A stretch of DNA of 62,990 nucleotides, counting the filler, from Platydemus manokwari (Eukaryota), in assembly GCA_037951405.1 (NCBI GenBank). It is 6 parts of 6 records of this genome, joined end to end, with 100 filler letters (N's around TTAATTAATTAA, not from the genome) between each part and the next. Parts side by side here need not be neighbours in the genome. Positions count along the whole stretch, not along the records: positions 1 to 9,480 come from JBBMOY011243207.1; positions 9,581 to 18,359 come from JBBMOY011351538.1; 4 more parts are not named here. One strand, 5' to 3'. Below the pieces are notes generated by a model. That model ran no database searches. It was not told the DNA's origin and was given only the letters and a program-made list of their open reading frames with translations. Both the position numbers and the translations under genes were made by a program. This document shows positions 1-14,353 of this stretch, one piece after another; within the stretch, counting starts at the first letter, position 1; each line of letters begins with the position of its first letter.

Positions 1-523
1 GTTTAAATGATTTGGTAAAACAAAAACTTTAAACAACTAAAAAACATGAATAACTTTTGACTCAGCCTAATATATATGCATATGTGTGCAGAACAAATAA
101 GACAACACAATAAAAATAAATTCAATTAATAATCAGACAATTTTAAGACACTCAAGATAATTCCAAATTCTATTATTATAAGCAAAAGTACCCTCTGTCA
201 AAAAGTATAGGGCGCACCGGGCAAGCCTCTCTCAAAGAAATACAGTGAGGGATCAGAAATGCTACATTGATTGACATCAATATAATGTAAGGTCATATCG
301 GCACCATTTCTGTGAGATATTAATAATGAATTAAATTTCAATTTAATTCAAAACAATTTTATTTCACATTTTATTGAGATGTAATTCTAATTTTATAAAA
401 AATTAAATTAATGTAAAATTAGAATTATTTGTTTAAATATTTGGATTTAAATAGATTGATTGTGTCTTGACTCTTCAGTTTGTTTTTAATGTTTGGTTTT
501 TAAATGAATAGCTGCTAACAGAG

Positions 524-553
<30 letters not shown>
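524..553. repeat. (ATT)n microsatellite
   Basis: About 10 tandem ATT units read directly. Confidence 0.9.
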
Positions 554-556
<3 letters not shown>

Positions 557-3500
557 GATTGTGTGTGCTCATATTGGTCCCAAATGAATTTTACATAATA
601 AAATCCCGCTTTATTAATAAACATCAACTTGCAAATATAATAATAATATTTCATGATGAGTTATACATGTTGTGGGTGTTATTTGCTTCGGCTTCTTGGT
701 TCAGGATTCTGGCCATGGTCGAGGGGTATGATCCGTTAAACAATCCAAATGATTTCGCGGATATATTTGAGATTTATTGATTTTGATTTAAAAATGTTAA
801 CGAAACAATCTATTACAAGCTGATTAGTTTCATATGTTCATGGAGATATTCGTATGGATTTATTAAAAATGAATCAAAATTACTGAAAACCGAACCAAAC
901 ATTATTATCGATGAACAATTTTTTATTCAATCAAAGCAAGACATAAATTGATGCAATATATGGTTTATTATTTTTAAATGAAAATCAGATTAATATCAGA
1001 TGTTGAACCAAATGCTTTAGAATTAGATCATCATTTGTGGAAAAATCTGTGATGAATTCATTCGAATTACTACTTTTCTAACTGACAGAACTATTTATAG
1101 AATGTGAAAGAAATGTTATCAGCATATCGTTAGCAACAAATCTTTTTGTTAAAAGAAGTATATTGGTAAGAACTATTCGTGAAAATAAGATGGAATTATC
1201 ATTTTATAAGAAAAATAGAGGCTTTTTGATGTCATTTTATAATAATGTTTCCTCTTAAATTGATAAAAGCAAACCGAACTAGATACTGTTCTTAGTCATT
1301 TCAATACATAAAGGAATAAAAAGAAAGTAAAAACTACTGTGTTTAATAATTCCACTAAATTCAATACATATATGGTGAGGTTTCATAAAAAATAGAAATT
1401 TCAAAAATTTTAATATTGGATATTTTATAAAATATTTATTTGTTTGAATAATTGTAATCCAAATAACATTTGGTTTCGTGACTTTTCAGTTCTTTCAATG
1501 CGTGCTTTATAAAATAGTAGCGGCTTACAATATATGGCGGACCAAATGACTCGAAATTCTAGAAATCAAACTTTCATAGTATTTTTCAGTTATTTTTAAT
1601 ATTCTTGTTTCGCTGCAAATAAATGCTCAGGCCTTATGAATTAACAAACTACCCAGGAAAAAATAACCACATAAGAACTTATAGTTCATTTACCACAACA
1701 ACTTGAACTATCGAAAACCAGAAAACAAATGTATAAGCAGAAATATCAACAGATCTCCTTACAAAAATAGATAAATTGTGAATGTGATAAAATAATCATC
1801 TGAAGATAAAAAATATTTTTAGAAAATGCTTACAAGAGTGGCACAGAATCTGTAAAGAATAAGGATCCGAAGAAATTTTATTCTAATTTCAATAATACTG
1901 CCTATATTAATGACGTGAAATACAAAAAATTCAATTTGAAAAGGGACAACAACACAGACATAAAGGATTGACCAATCCCACGCATACAAAAATCAATAAG
2001 CCCGATAGAAACATGAGAAAGCAAAGATCAAATCAAAATGTGATACAGGCATGACACAAAAAATTACACGCAGATTTCGAGTATATATTTTGGTGTAAAG
2101 ATGGCCAACTGCCAGTTGGAAACCAAGTTTGGTTACGTGTTGAGACATCATATTAAATTTGTTATTCGTCCTGAGTAGTGTGCAGGTATTTGGTAGTTAA
2201 ATTTTAAATGAAAATCGGGGATAGTTAGAAATAAAGCCACAACCTTTGATTTTTGGAGTCAGCGTTAATTTGGTTATTCAGAATCAAGATCACAACATTA
2301 TTATAAACACAGTTTTCTTGAAAATGATTCAATTTAAATTTTACGAAAAATGTGCTTTAAATAATAGAAAAAATAAATATAATACCACTACATAATATGG
2401 ATTTTTATAAACATAATCACTGTTTTGCAAGTTTCATTCGTGCGTTAAAAATTACGCATTTTCACCAAAGTGCATTCTTTAAAATTCAAATTTTTATTTA
2501 ATAATTTTAAAAATAAAAAAAGCTATTTTTACAATATCTTTCACATATTTTATTGATACACCAAATATCGCATATTGAGACAACAAATATTCTTGAAGAA
2601 AAAAGTAAATGCTAATATGATTCGTCAATGTTTTATAAATGGTACAAAATTCTAGACAGAATAAATAGGTAACCACAATGAAATAATTTGCAGGTTGTGG
2701 TCGAAAGATATTTGTTCGTGAAATGGAAGAATTGCTTTTGAGTGAAATGATTGAGTTGCTTGTTGTGAATATCAAAGTGATTCGAAATTTTATTGTAATA
2801 TTTTATGGTCATTATTTTCGTTTATTGTCGATGTGATATTTTTGAAAAATGATAAATTATGACCACGTTTCATTATTGATTAATATATTTTAATATGCGA
2901 AACAATCGCAATAATTAACTGAAATTAAATCCGAGATTCTGCGATGAAAACAAATCAATATCGAGACTATTGTTTGAAAATCTTTACTCGTGCAATTGAA
3001 ATGTTGAGACACGAGAGATTTATGCGAAACATAATGAATGCATTCAACAAATTGTCATTAGATAATGCTCTATCAAATTCTTGACACAATCGTATTAATC
3101 GAGTGCTAGAATTTTGGAATTTTAATGCTCTTTATTTCACTTGAATTGATATTAAGAATTTGTGGTTGAAATCCATTGATTGAAATTCTCGGTTGATTAA
3201 AACAATTTCAAATATTTGTTATGTATTCTTTAATTGATAAATGACGAATATTTGTGTGTTTGTGTTCATATTTTTGGATTTGATTTTATTATAAGATTAG
3301 AAAGCCAGTAAAAAATTATCCACAAATATTCTTCTCTCAAACCGATATTTTTCGCTGAGTGATAATAATTTTATTAATGTGAAATGAAAATGTTTTATTT
3401 AGCTTTAATTTAATTAATAATCTCATGGTTCTATCAGATACATGCAAACATTTATTGTGCCAGTTTCTTTGAATGCTCCATTGAGGAGAAATTTTATTAT

Positions 3501-4055
3501 TAATCAATGTTTAGCGGTTTAATTTCGCTTTTTAAAAATTTGAATCCAGCTCCAAATTATCAATCATTAGTAGGAAAATGATTTATTTTTATTCTCACAG
3601 ATTGCAAATCTATTTTTAATCACAATTTATTAATATCAATGAAAGATAATGAATTGTAATGTTGATTCTATTTCAAGAAATGATAAAATATTTTAATGTA
3701 CCGAATTATTATTACTTTCACATAATATAATTCCTGCCCGTTGACAGTTTTAGCCGTATAAACGTTACATATGATGACATGTTAGTGTCATAGTCGACAT
3801 TGGCAAAAGAAACGATTTTGTTTCCTGAAATATTTTTGTTTTTTTTCTCTCTATCTCTCGCTCTCGTTCTGTTGATTTGCTTACATTTACTATATATTTT
3901 TAGATTTTTTTGTAATTTTTTTTAGAAAAGTTAATGATAATTTCGTAAAGTATCTTCTCAATAAACTCATCGCGACAATAGAAACCTCTTTGAAAGTGTC
4001 AAATGAATTTAATGGAAATAAATTATTAATATTTGATTAATAAAATCCAATTCAG

Positions 4056-4391
4056 ACCATCAAATCCAACAATGATATTACAACTACGAAACTACTTGAA
4101 CAATTTGACGACGAACGTAAAACATGGCTCGCTGAAAAATGTAAAGTATTAACATATCAAAGACAAATCGAAAGCAATTTTCAACAGTTGCTTATCAAGT
4201 GTCGTCGATTGGAGACACATGTATTTCAAATGAAAACTCAACTGAAAGACTGTCGCGTTAAGCCTTCACTGTCTGCCAATCATTCAGAAGACCATGACAA
4301 ATCATCTTCCAATAGTGCCGAATCGTCAAATCGTCCATATTTTACAAATATCAGCCGCATTGAAGTCACAGAACATCAATCATCATTTTAA
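4056..4391 (+). CDS. Terminal coding exon of an LZTS/Fez1-family (leucine zipper tumour suppressor-like) coiled-coil protein
   Basis: After the ttcag acceptor (4051-4055) the frame reads TIKSNNDITTTKLLEQFDDERKTWLAEKCKVLTYQRQIESNFQQLLIKCRRLE...SRIEVTEHQSSF*. This matches the LZTS Fez1 motif F..ER..W..EK.KV..YQ.QL. A possible upstream exon at ~3926-3995 (KVNDNFVKYLLNKLIATIETSLK) is uncertain. Confidence 0.7.
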   Translation, partial: TIKSNNDITTTKLLEQFDDERKTWLAEKCKVLTYQRQIESNFQQLLIKCRRLETHVFQMKTQLKDCRVKPSLSANHSEDHDKSSSNSAESSNRPYFTNISRIEVTEHQSSF

Positions 4392-6899
4392 TCTGCATCG
4401 CCTATTCGTGATTGAAAATATATATAAATAAATATATATATTTTAGTCAAATCGTCTTCAAAGAAGATACAATTAATTATTTATCGAAATTTTGTATACA
4501 TTCAGAGTATGTGATTTTTCTAGATGTTTTTTATTGCACATTTAATCTTTATACGTACCATTCAGTGCTTTACTTCCTTTAGAATTGTTTGGCTTATGTT
4601 TTACCCCAATAAAAATTGCCTTTCAATTTAATTGTACATGTTTTTATTCGACTTTCAAAAATTATCTCTGTTATTGACTTCAATTATTTGTGGAAAAATT
4701 CAAATGTTAGCTGGTTAATTTAGAGGTATCGTCACCATTTAAAGCTCAACAGATTTGCGTTTGGATGAATTTATTTTAAGATGATTAATAATAATAAATC
4801 TGTGTAATATGTGTGTTGATTAATCAAGATAACTAGATGTTCGACATTGATTCTTTTTTCCTTCTTTCAATCTATTTTTATCTATGTCAATAGTGTTGTG
4901 ACCTGACAGTTCTTTTTATTTTTAACTAATCTAAACTTCTCATTTGTCAAAGTTAATTTCTTGATAATACAATTAATGATAAGATTAGTGGCTTAGTAAA
5001 GAAAATTTTCCAATTTAAAATTAAGCTTAGGATTGCCAATCAATAAATTGTAAATGCCATCTGATTTTTTTTCGTGTTTTTATTTGTTGAAAATAAAAAA
5101 AAAATCTTTATAAAGATAATTCTCAATTTGAATGTTATTTGATGAATGTCATTTTTAATTTCCAATCCATATTAACTATAAAAAACAAATATTAATAAAA
5201 ATTTTAAATATATTTCCGTAAACAAGCAATTAACACATTCGATATGAATTTATAAGATTTTTAATTGGAAAATTCTGTTGACGTGATGATTTTAGTGGTA
5301 ATAAATGTCGATTATATATTTGATTTATTATCACTAAAATCAATATTATATTCTTGTTGATAGTGATCTGTAAATTCAAATAAATTCATCGTTACTTCGA
5401 AATGATCATTTGGCATTAAAGTAGTTTAAAAATAAACCTGAATCCACTAAAGTAGGATACAGTAAATTTGAATAAATATCATTGATACATTTAAGTGATA
5501 CACAACCGTTAATAATATCGTTACAATGATTCGCAATTAGGCGCATATATTTGGTGCCATTTTACTTATGAATATAAAATGTGTAGTGTTTTGTTTGGGT
5601 TCTGTGTTATCGTGATTTGTGGACAATTGTTGCTTAATTGATACAAATGATATTAATAATGAATTGAGATTGAATAGTCCTTGTTGGTTTTTGCTATTTC
5701 AATTAATACTATTAAAAACGAATCTAAGAATTTCTATCCACAAAACCATTCAATGAAAATATTCAAACAAACTAAATTGATTATTTAAATATTAATTGAT
5801 TTTTATTATAATTTTTACCCATTTATTTATTGGGTGTATAACCTTAAAATTTCGATTTGATAAAAGATGTCGCTGGGAGTATTGCTTGCATATAATGTCG
5901 TATGATAATACTTTTTTAGAAAGGTGTTTATATAAGCTATCAAACGCAGTATATATAAACGAAATGATTGTTGAACCTAATGGCACTTGCCAATTTAATA
6001 TCAAAACCAATTTCCTTGATAAAACGTTTATTAATATGAATTACTACAATTATACAAAGATAACAATATGTTTATAAATTTCTACTTATATGCACTTAAT
6101 AAAAATTAGATTTTGCAAATACTTCTATGCCCGTAAATAGACAGATTTTAACAACTTCTAGTAAAGCTCTGGTTAATATCTCTCCCAGTAGGAGTAAAAC
6201 CAGTTTTATCCTATAGATAGGAAGAATATACTTTGTGTTATATAAATTGTCGATGATATTACTTTACCCTCCTACGGAATTGACGTTCTTCCAATACGAG
6301 TACTTGGCATATACCTTTATGCACAATACTGATGTAATGCATTACAGTGCTTCCAATGAAATAGCCATGCGTCAATGCTGTTATTGTGCAGATATCGCGC
6401 TTTATTATCGACAAATAAATTGCGATCTATTATCACGCATGTAAATTCTGTTAAAATAAAATAATCACTCGATTAAATTTAATCGAGAGATATTTTCTCT
6501 GTGTAATAAATTTATTCAGTAAGAATTTCTCTCCCTAGTGAATAAATTCTACCGGTAAAATAATAAATTCACTGGTATTAGATTTAATTGCAGAGAATAT
6601 CTGCGAGTGATTTACTGCTGCCTGTATAAGGCAGCAGTCACAATTAGCTTTACCATTATTTTTACTACCACATAAGTTGCAGTTACACATCAATCAATTA
6701 TTGTATACTGGAGAAACTATTATTTTCACAATTCAATCAACGCACAATAGATGACCATTTATTGCAGAAGGACGGGATTTTTTATATGCCCGTTATCTTG
6801 CTGGAAGACCCTAAAGTAAGATCCATTAGTGTAAAATATTGATTTATATTATATCTTGTATCGTTTATTTTCTATTATCGAATTTGTTGATAAAAAATC

Positions 6900-7600
6900 T
6901 TGAAAGGTATTTGATTATACTCCATGAGTAGGAGTTTGTTAATCGTCCCTTTATCCAGGAGTTGTTAAGGTTCGTTATAATTATAAGTTGAGGTGTAGTG
7001 TAGTTTTTAAAACCCATTTGCAATTTTTACGTTATTATTGTTAATCAGTTTTTGTATCGATGTTAATTGTTAATAAATATTTGTAATAGCAAGTTTTAGT
7101 TCATCATATATGGATCATAAATCATTATTAGTAATCAAAAATCCAAATTCACACTTAAGAATATTTTTTTATTTAATACTTATTTCTTTGTACCAAATTT
7201 ATATTGCTAATTTCTTTGGATGTACTTGCGTTAGAAAGTCTTGAGGTATTTATACTGGCAGATCCATGGTGTGGTCTATCTCCTCTATCCATGAATTTTC
7301 CTATGTTGTAAATTTGAAAATAATACATGTTATCTCATGCTTTGGGATACTAAATAAACCTGGTTGGCTTTCTTTATTGATAACTCATAATCTTTTAGAA
7401 TGTTTCTTTCAATAAATAACCCTTCTTCATTTGATGTACAAGATTAATGATACATTATGTATTCATTTTTACTTCTCACCATAATGCTTATACATTTTCA
7501 AGTAACCATCAAACTTTTTCATTTTCTAAGTCTTATTTTTTCTGTTTGTGATTCCTCAAGTTTGCTTGTCACCATATAAGACTTATTATGTTATTCGGCG
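6900..7600 (-). mobile_element. Highly decayed Ty3/Gypsy-like integrase-region remnant
   Basis: Minus-strand fragments resemble the integrase zinc-binding lead-in (LLVSQSMR*HVL, ~7320-7360) and a C-terminal WIKGTI motif (~6940-6960). Many stops and frameshifts; boundaries approximate. Confidence 0.4.
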
Positions 7601-7986
7601 TCCCTCAATCAATCTGATTATTTTTAAGTAAAAAAAAACAACGGAATTATTAAATATTAAGGTAAGTTGATGAATAGCTAAATATTTGATGAACTTGTAA
7701 TCTTATCTTACAACTCCAAAATAAGATTTCCTAGATTCAGTTTGTCAAAATATCTTGATTAAAATTATCTCAAATTTTAAAAAATTAAATAGATTCAAAA
7801 AATCAAAATACTTAAAAAGGTTTTACTTATGATATCCGATTAATAGTTAAATTTTAGTAAAAATGAAATATAAAATTGTAATTAATAACAACAATAATAT
7901 GAATTTTAGTTGTTGTTTAATTATGTAAGGAAAATTTATAATAGTATTTATTAATTGTTTAAATTTCGGGATTACTGTTTTATAAA

Positions 7987-8793
7987 ATGGGAAAAATAAA
8001 GTAAGAACAAATTATAGATTAGCTGAGTATTTTAAATTATTATCAATTTTAGTGATGACAAAGTTGAAACACGAGTACACAGGTCTAAAACTCATGTTTA
8101 TCATAGAGTAAATATATGTAATTGAATTTTTGATTATTTATAAACAATTTTACTAGAAAAGTGAAACGATAAGTCATGTCATCAAGACGGAAAGTAATGG
8201 ATGCAAACGTACAATTTATACAGCAGGTCGACCACCATGGTATACTGCTGAAGGTCAATTGAGGGAACCTTTCGTTATTGGAATCTGTGGTGGAAGTGCT
8301 AGTGGTAAGACCACAGTAGCTAATACAATAATCGAAAACCTTAACATTCCTTGGGTATCTCTTGTGTGTATGGATTCGTTTTATAAAGTAATTTTTGAAA
8401 ATTAAATATAATTGTTTGCTTGCACATTTAATGTATTATTAAAGATGATGACCATCGATTAAAGTTTCGTCATTTTAACAGTCCAATTTTTATCAAGAGT
8501 TTCACTGATATCAAGACTGTTTATTTCTCATATTTGCATTGCGAAACAATATATGAATTTATATTTAATTTTTAATATTAGAATAATGTAACAAAAATTT
8601 CATACAATTTCAATTTATCAAGGCTCTTAATCCCGAAGAAAAATCAGAAGTAGCGAAGTCTAATTACAATTTTGACCATCCTTCTGCATTCGATACAGAT
8701 TTAATTGTTCATACTTTGAACCAATTAAAAAAAGGCAAAATGGTTGAAATACCAACTTATGATTTTACAACTCATTCCAGAACTAATCAAACG
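7987..8793 (+). CDS. UCKL1: Uridine-cytidine kinase-like 1, 5' part (exons 7987-8000, 8053-8107, 8157-8387, 8623-8793), truncated by the contig end
   Basis: Spliced translation with phase-consistent GT-AG introns: [157 protein letters not shown]. It has the UCKL1-type [13 protein letters not shown]-loop [14 protein letters not shown] and YDFTTHSR. Missed by the ORF track. Confidence 0.93.
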
Positions 8794-9480
8794 GTAATTA
8801 TTTTAATTTTTATTATTTTTCAATATTTATTATGAATAAATAAACATTGTTGAAATCGTAATATTTACTACTTTCGAAGGTTGTTTTATCATGTATTTGA
8901 GGAATATGGGCTGTATTTCACCATTTTTTTGAAAAGATATTTTTATTATTTATAATAGATGATGAATTTAATGCTTTCATTTTCTTCAATATTTTGTTTT
9001 GTAGAACCATGTGCCTGGTGATACTAGTGCAATAATTTGTTATTATTGGTGAATTGATTTTTTATTTTTGTGTCTTAAGTTTGTGTACTCGGCTTTGTGT
9101 ATGATTTTCAATTAAAATTTATCATGATTTGATTGGATGCATGGAGGCAAGGTTATCGATAATCATACTCAGAACAAGTGATGTAATTTATTACCAATTT
9201 TTTTTCATGAATAATCATTGATCCATATTTTATCATGCTAGTTTCACGTGTATATTTGGAACAAAACTATTTTTAATCATCAAAAATTCCATTAAAATAT
9301 TTAAGGATTGTAATATTAATATTTTGAATAATCGCTATGTTCTAAACATTCATTTTAAAAATAAATAATGGGCTAAAGTTAAGAGTCCTAAAATGGAAAT
9401 TTGAATTTGTTGAGTGTATTGCAAAATTCTATATAGTTTATTTAATTATATTCTTTAAAAACATTTTGAATTTTTTATTT

Positions 9481-9580
9481 NNNNNNNNNNNNNNNNNNNN
9501 NNNNNNNNNNNNNNNNNNNNNNNNTTAATTAATTAANNNNNNNNNNNNNNNNNNNNNNNNNNNNNNNNNNNNNNNNNNNN
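9481..9580. other. Artificial contig spacer (44 N + TTAATTAATTAA + 44 N)
   Basis: Seen directly; the 12-mer gives stop codons in all six frames. Confidence 0.97.
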
Positions 9581-12500
9581 ACTAATTATTATAATAATAT
9601 TAATAATAACCAAAAATTGCATTCATATAATATTCAATTTTAAATAAATAAAATCTACCTATTGATCCTTTTATTTTGTAGTCACTCTTATTATTAGGCC
9701 ATTGAACATTCTGGTGTGAAACATCTGAAGTAGAACCATCTAACATCACTAAAATATTAAAAGTAATTTATTCAATTCATTATTAATTTTGAATTTTAAT
9801 AAAAACACTTTAAAAAGAAATCGAGGAATAATAAATTCTTATCTAGATAAATAAAATTAAAATAATGTTAGGCATTATCAAATTTATCATAATTTAATTT
9901 TATTTAAACAATCACTTGGATTTATTAAAATCCAAGGTCAATCAAAATTTCGGTTGATTATCTGGAAATAAAACAATATGTAGCATTGCTGTCAATCGTA
10001 ACTTTTATCAACTAATTTGATAAAGATTTTATCTATATATTCAATATTTATTTTGATTAAAATTTATTGGACAGCTTGGTTTATGCTTTTGTTTTATACT
10101 TTCTATAGGGGGTTTTGGTATGAAATAAAATTCAAAACTTGTATTTGATAAAATGTCATGTGGTCACATTTTAATATAAAATACAGCATATTTCTGAATA
10201 ATATTTGTAATTTAAATTAGACATTATGCAAAGCTCATTATTTAACAATAATAGCACTAAAATTAAACAATTTTGAAAATAATTGAAATATAAATAAAAC
10301 CTTAAGACTTATATTATAATCCAAATAAAAGCATTTTAAAAAAGAAATACAGTTTATTATGATCAACTTTATTATGATTATTATTTTATTATTTGTCTCA
10401 AACGTAGGAAAATTATATTAATTGTATTTGTTTGATCTGGTGGGGATAGTAAATACAGATAATAATTTCTCTCGTGTTGTCATTTAATTAATTTCAGTCC
10501 TGAATTTTGAAACAGAAATCAAAATTTTAAAAACATTGACAAGTTGGAATTTTGATTACAAGTTTTTGAAAACAGATCACTATATTAAATAATTACAATG
10601 AATTCGTCATTCAAGACCTTCATGAACAACGAAGCAAAGATTACCTTGTGCAAAAAGTTTACAGCAATAAATTATTTGAAAAATAATATAATAATAAAAA
10701 AGTATGAATATGTAGAATTAGTGACATCATTAGCCTGGTTTCTAAAATGTTATGATATCAAAAATGTCCAGAAAATCATTCAATAATTTTACTTTATATT
10801 CTTTTGAATTAAAATTTAGGAATTATTATAACATGAAAACAGGAAATCGTATAATATATACGGAATATGGTCTTTGTAATTTCATTCCAATCCTCCTAAA
10901 CATCATATAATTACACGAATAGCAAGTAAAATTATTGAATGATAACTCAGACTACCGCAATAGATGAATTATTTCAATACTATCCCAAAGAACTGTCCAA
11001 TATTTATTATTGCTATTCCCTATTGTATTCGAATAAAAAAGTTATTATAGTGAATAATTTATCCAATAGATACGTTAATTGATAATGAACAAATTCTGAT
11101 ATATAATTCATCAAAGTGTAGAGATCAAAATATTCCATTAGTACTTTAAAACATTAAGAAAAAATGTATTTTCAAATGTATCACTCTAAAAATTAAAATG
11201 TGGTAAGAAGCAATATAACTTAATTAATTAGACATAACATCACCATTAGTTAATGATTTAATGTTTATGGTTTATAATTTTTCAATTTTTCAAATCTGAC
11301 GACACAACTTAATTTTTTATGCGTATTTGACTTATGATGACTTGAATTAGTTTTCATTTGATTTAACTTCTCTCAAATCCACTGGTGTTTCAACCAACTT
11401 TTTGATAAAGTGATGCACAGTTAGCATACTAGATTGGCATAGATGTTTTATAAGCACATATGTTCAAAATATTTTTTAATAAAAATTAACACTTTCAAGT
11501 TAGATATGGATTATTTCTGATTTTAATGTCGCATTTTAAGATTAATAACAGAAAATTATATTTTCCTTCTTAATCGATTCGAATTTATTTGATCTTTCCA
11601 ACATGATTTTTAATTAACTTAGACACTTAATCACTCAATGATATTCAATTAGTTCTATCTGGTATCCTTGGTTTGATTTCGGGAGTGAACCATGTCAACC
11701 TTTGGAGTTATCCATATGATATATCGAGTAAACTTAGATATCAGATAAGTCATAATAAGTGTTTCACCCAACAATTTACTAGTTGGTTGAATAATAATAT
11801 TCGAATTATTTATTTATTTTGTAACAAATTGTAATAAGCATTATAGTTGTATGATATTGTATATAATAATATAACTATATTTTTATTCGGTTTAAAGTTG
11901 GATTATACATCTACTTAAATGGGGGAAATGGCAGTATTTAAGTATTTATATAAAATATGTGTAACCATTTTTAAAAGACATTTTTGCTACAATATTTAAT
12001 TTTTATCTTGTTAAAATCAGGATACGAGTTTCAATTAGTTGAAAAATTATAAGTTTTAGCTTTGAAAGATAATTTAACTTATTACATCTAAATGATGTAT
12101 TCTCACTATAGAAATCACGATTAACTTAACCTTGTAACAACAATGCAAGTTTTAAGTTAATTTGTAGTTCACAATGGCTTGACAAATCACGTATAGAATT
12201 TTAATTTAATGGTTATGAGACATTAGTGAAAATAAACTTTTCATATACAAAAATAATTTAATACAATTCTGAAAAGTTCAAGGAAATCAAAGAAGCAACA
12301 CGATCATATTTTCTAGAAGTCTTGATTCTTTCTATTTTTCCTTTTCTTCTTTCACAATTTCCTCAAATTCACTATAAAGATGGATTTATTCGTTCACTCT
12401 TTAACTCATTAGACAGTTAACGATTAATAATTAATTGAAAATTTACTCTCAACATTTTTTCTGTGAATGTTAAGTTTATATGAAATCAATTACTTAATAT

Positions 12501-14353
12501 TCAAGCTCATTTATCTGACTCCTACGTTGTTCATAACACTCATATCGAATCACAATGTTTGAAGACTCTTTTTAGTTTTTATTATGGTAATTGTGAATTC
12601 ACTTGGAAATGTTGCGAATATTATAATAGTTTTCTTTTTCAGCCTTCCATGACGACATTAAAATTTGTTTATTATTCTATTTGTTTTCTATATTTCTATA
12701 TTATCATATTATATACGAATACGCACTCTTTGAATAAAAATATTTAAAACTCATTACAAATTATGAGTGCGAATTATTTTATATCGATCAGTCTACAAAA
12801 CTATGAATATAAATAAGTCTACATATACAAGCACAAACTGTCACAATAATCTAATAACAATTAGCTAGGAAATCTTAAGAAATAAAAGTACAGAAAATTT
12901 TATTTCCTTTAATTTATTGAAGCTAAACTGTAAACAAAATAGTAGACAACAGTAAAATGAATTTGGAGGTAATTAAATTATTTCATTGATGCCAGTCATG
13001 TCAACCGTGACATATTTTCAAAATGATTTCTATTATCTCAGAACCATAATAATTATAAAAGCTAAAAGAACAAGTTTTTTTTTATTATAATATAAAATTC
13101 ACAGTAATGGGGGTCATTTTATCCCATATTTTAATGTTGTTCTTATAAAATGAATAAAGTATTTGATGGAATTCGATAAATTGTTTGATCAGTTTGTTAT
13201 GAATAATTATTTATTTATTTGGCTACAAGCCAAAATAAAAAATTAAGTTTATTAAAATCCACTAATACGTTTCGAATAAAGCATGAAATCCATATGATCA
13301 ATAAATGTTCCTCAATCTATTGTATATATAATAAAACAATTGTTATAAATCTTAAATTTGAATAATTTTTGTTTTAGTAAAAGACATTGTGATAATTTTA
13401 AAACATAAACGTAAAATATTTTATAAATTAATATGAAAATATATTAATGTGCTTAAATAATTTTTCTGTTCGCTTTAGACATGTGAGTAAAATCTTTAGG
13501 AAAATATTACAAAAAAGGTTGTGATGAAGATAATTTGTTTGAACAATGTTTATTGAAAAACCAATTAATTGGTACAATTATCGAAAGTGTTAGGGATATA
13601 CTGATATCGAACTAAAATATAATCACATTATAGGGTCATTATAGGTGAAACTAATATTGAATAAAATACCAGTGTGGTATTAAAAGGTATAATGTTAATT
13701 GTATCACAAATTCTACAAATATCCTAAAACTGTGGAATTTTAAATTATAAAATTATAAGATTATGCAAAGAATTCTGCCACATATTTCTCTTTTGTGGAT
13801 AAACTCAATTTCACATAATAATTCAAAACAGTTCTTTGATCATATCTTTTAGACTTTTTAATCTCATTCATTAAATGGTTAAAACTCTTGTTTATCTTTT
13901 ATTTTGAGAAAAAACCAAATTTTCTTGAACAAAATAAAAATTACTTATTTTAAAACCTATTTTATAAATAATTTATAACAATTGATTTCACAGAAAATTC
14001 TGCTTGCCAACATTGACGTAAACAAAATTTCAAATTTTCAGTATTCATAACAATTAGTTTGGAAAATAATTTTAATAGTAAACTAAGCAATTTAACGAAA
14101 TTCCAGAAACTGAATTCTGACGATTTAATTTACCATATGGTAATTTGACAAAATTTGTGGTAATTTGTTACTAGCATTAAACTAATAAATTATTAGCAAA
14201 TTAGATTGAAGAAATTCATTATATTCGTCAGTTGATAGTTAAATTTTATTTTTTTACAAGTCTTTAATGAATTTTGATAGTTAATATTAATTTATAATGA
14301 AGAGATCTTTTATTTTGTTGTTTAAATTAAACTTTTTAATGGTTTATATATAA

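Noticed and set aside
559-780. 73-aa ORF and the GC-richer patch around 680-770
   Set aside because: Non-ATG start and no motif; minus-strand frames are short with no convincing splice sites.
2943-3084. Short ATG ORF MKTNQYRDYCLKIFTRAIEMLRHERFMRN...
   Set aside because: About 46 aa with no recognisable family; it cannot be linked to the LZTS exon.
9525-9536. Recurrent TTAATTAATTAA palindrome as a biological repeat or CRISPR-like motif
   Set aside because: It is always centred in exactly 44+44 Ns, so it is an artificial six-frame-stop linker.
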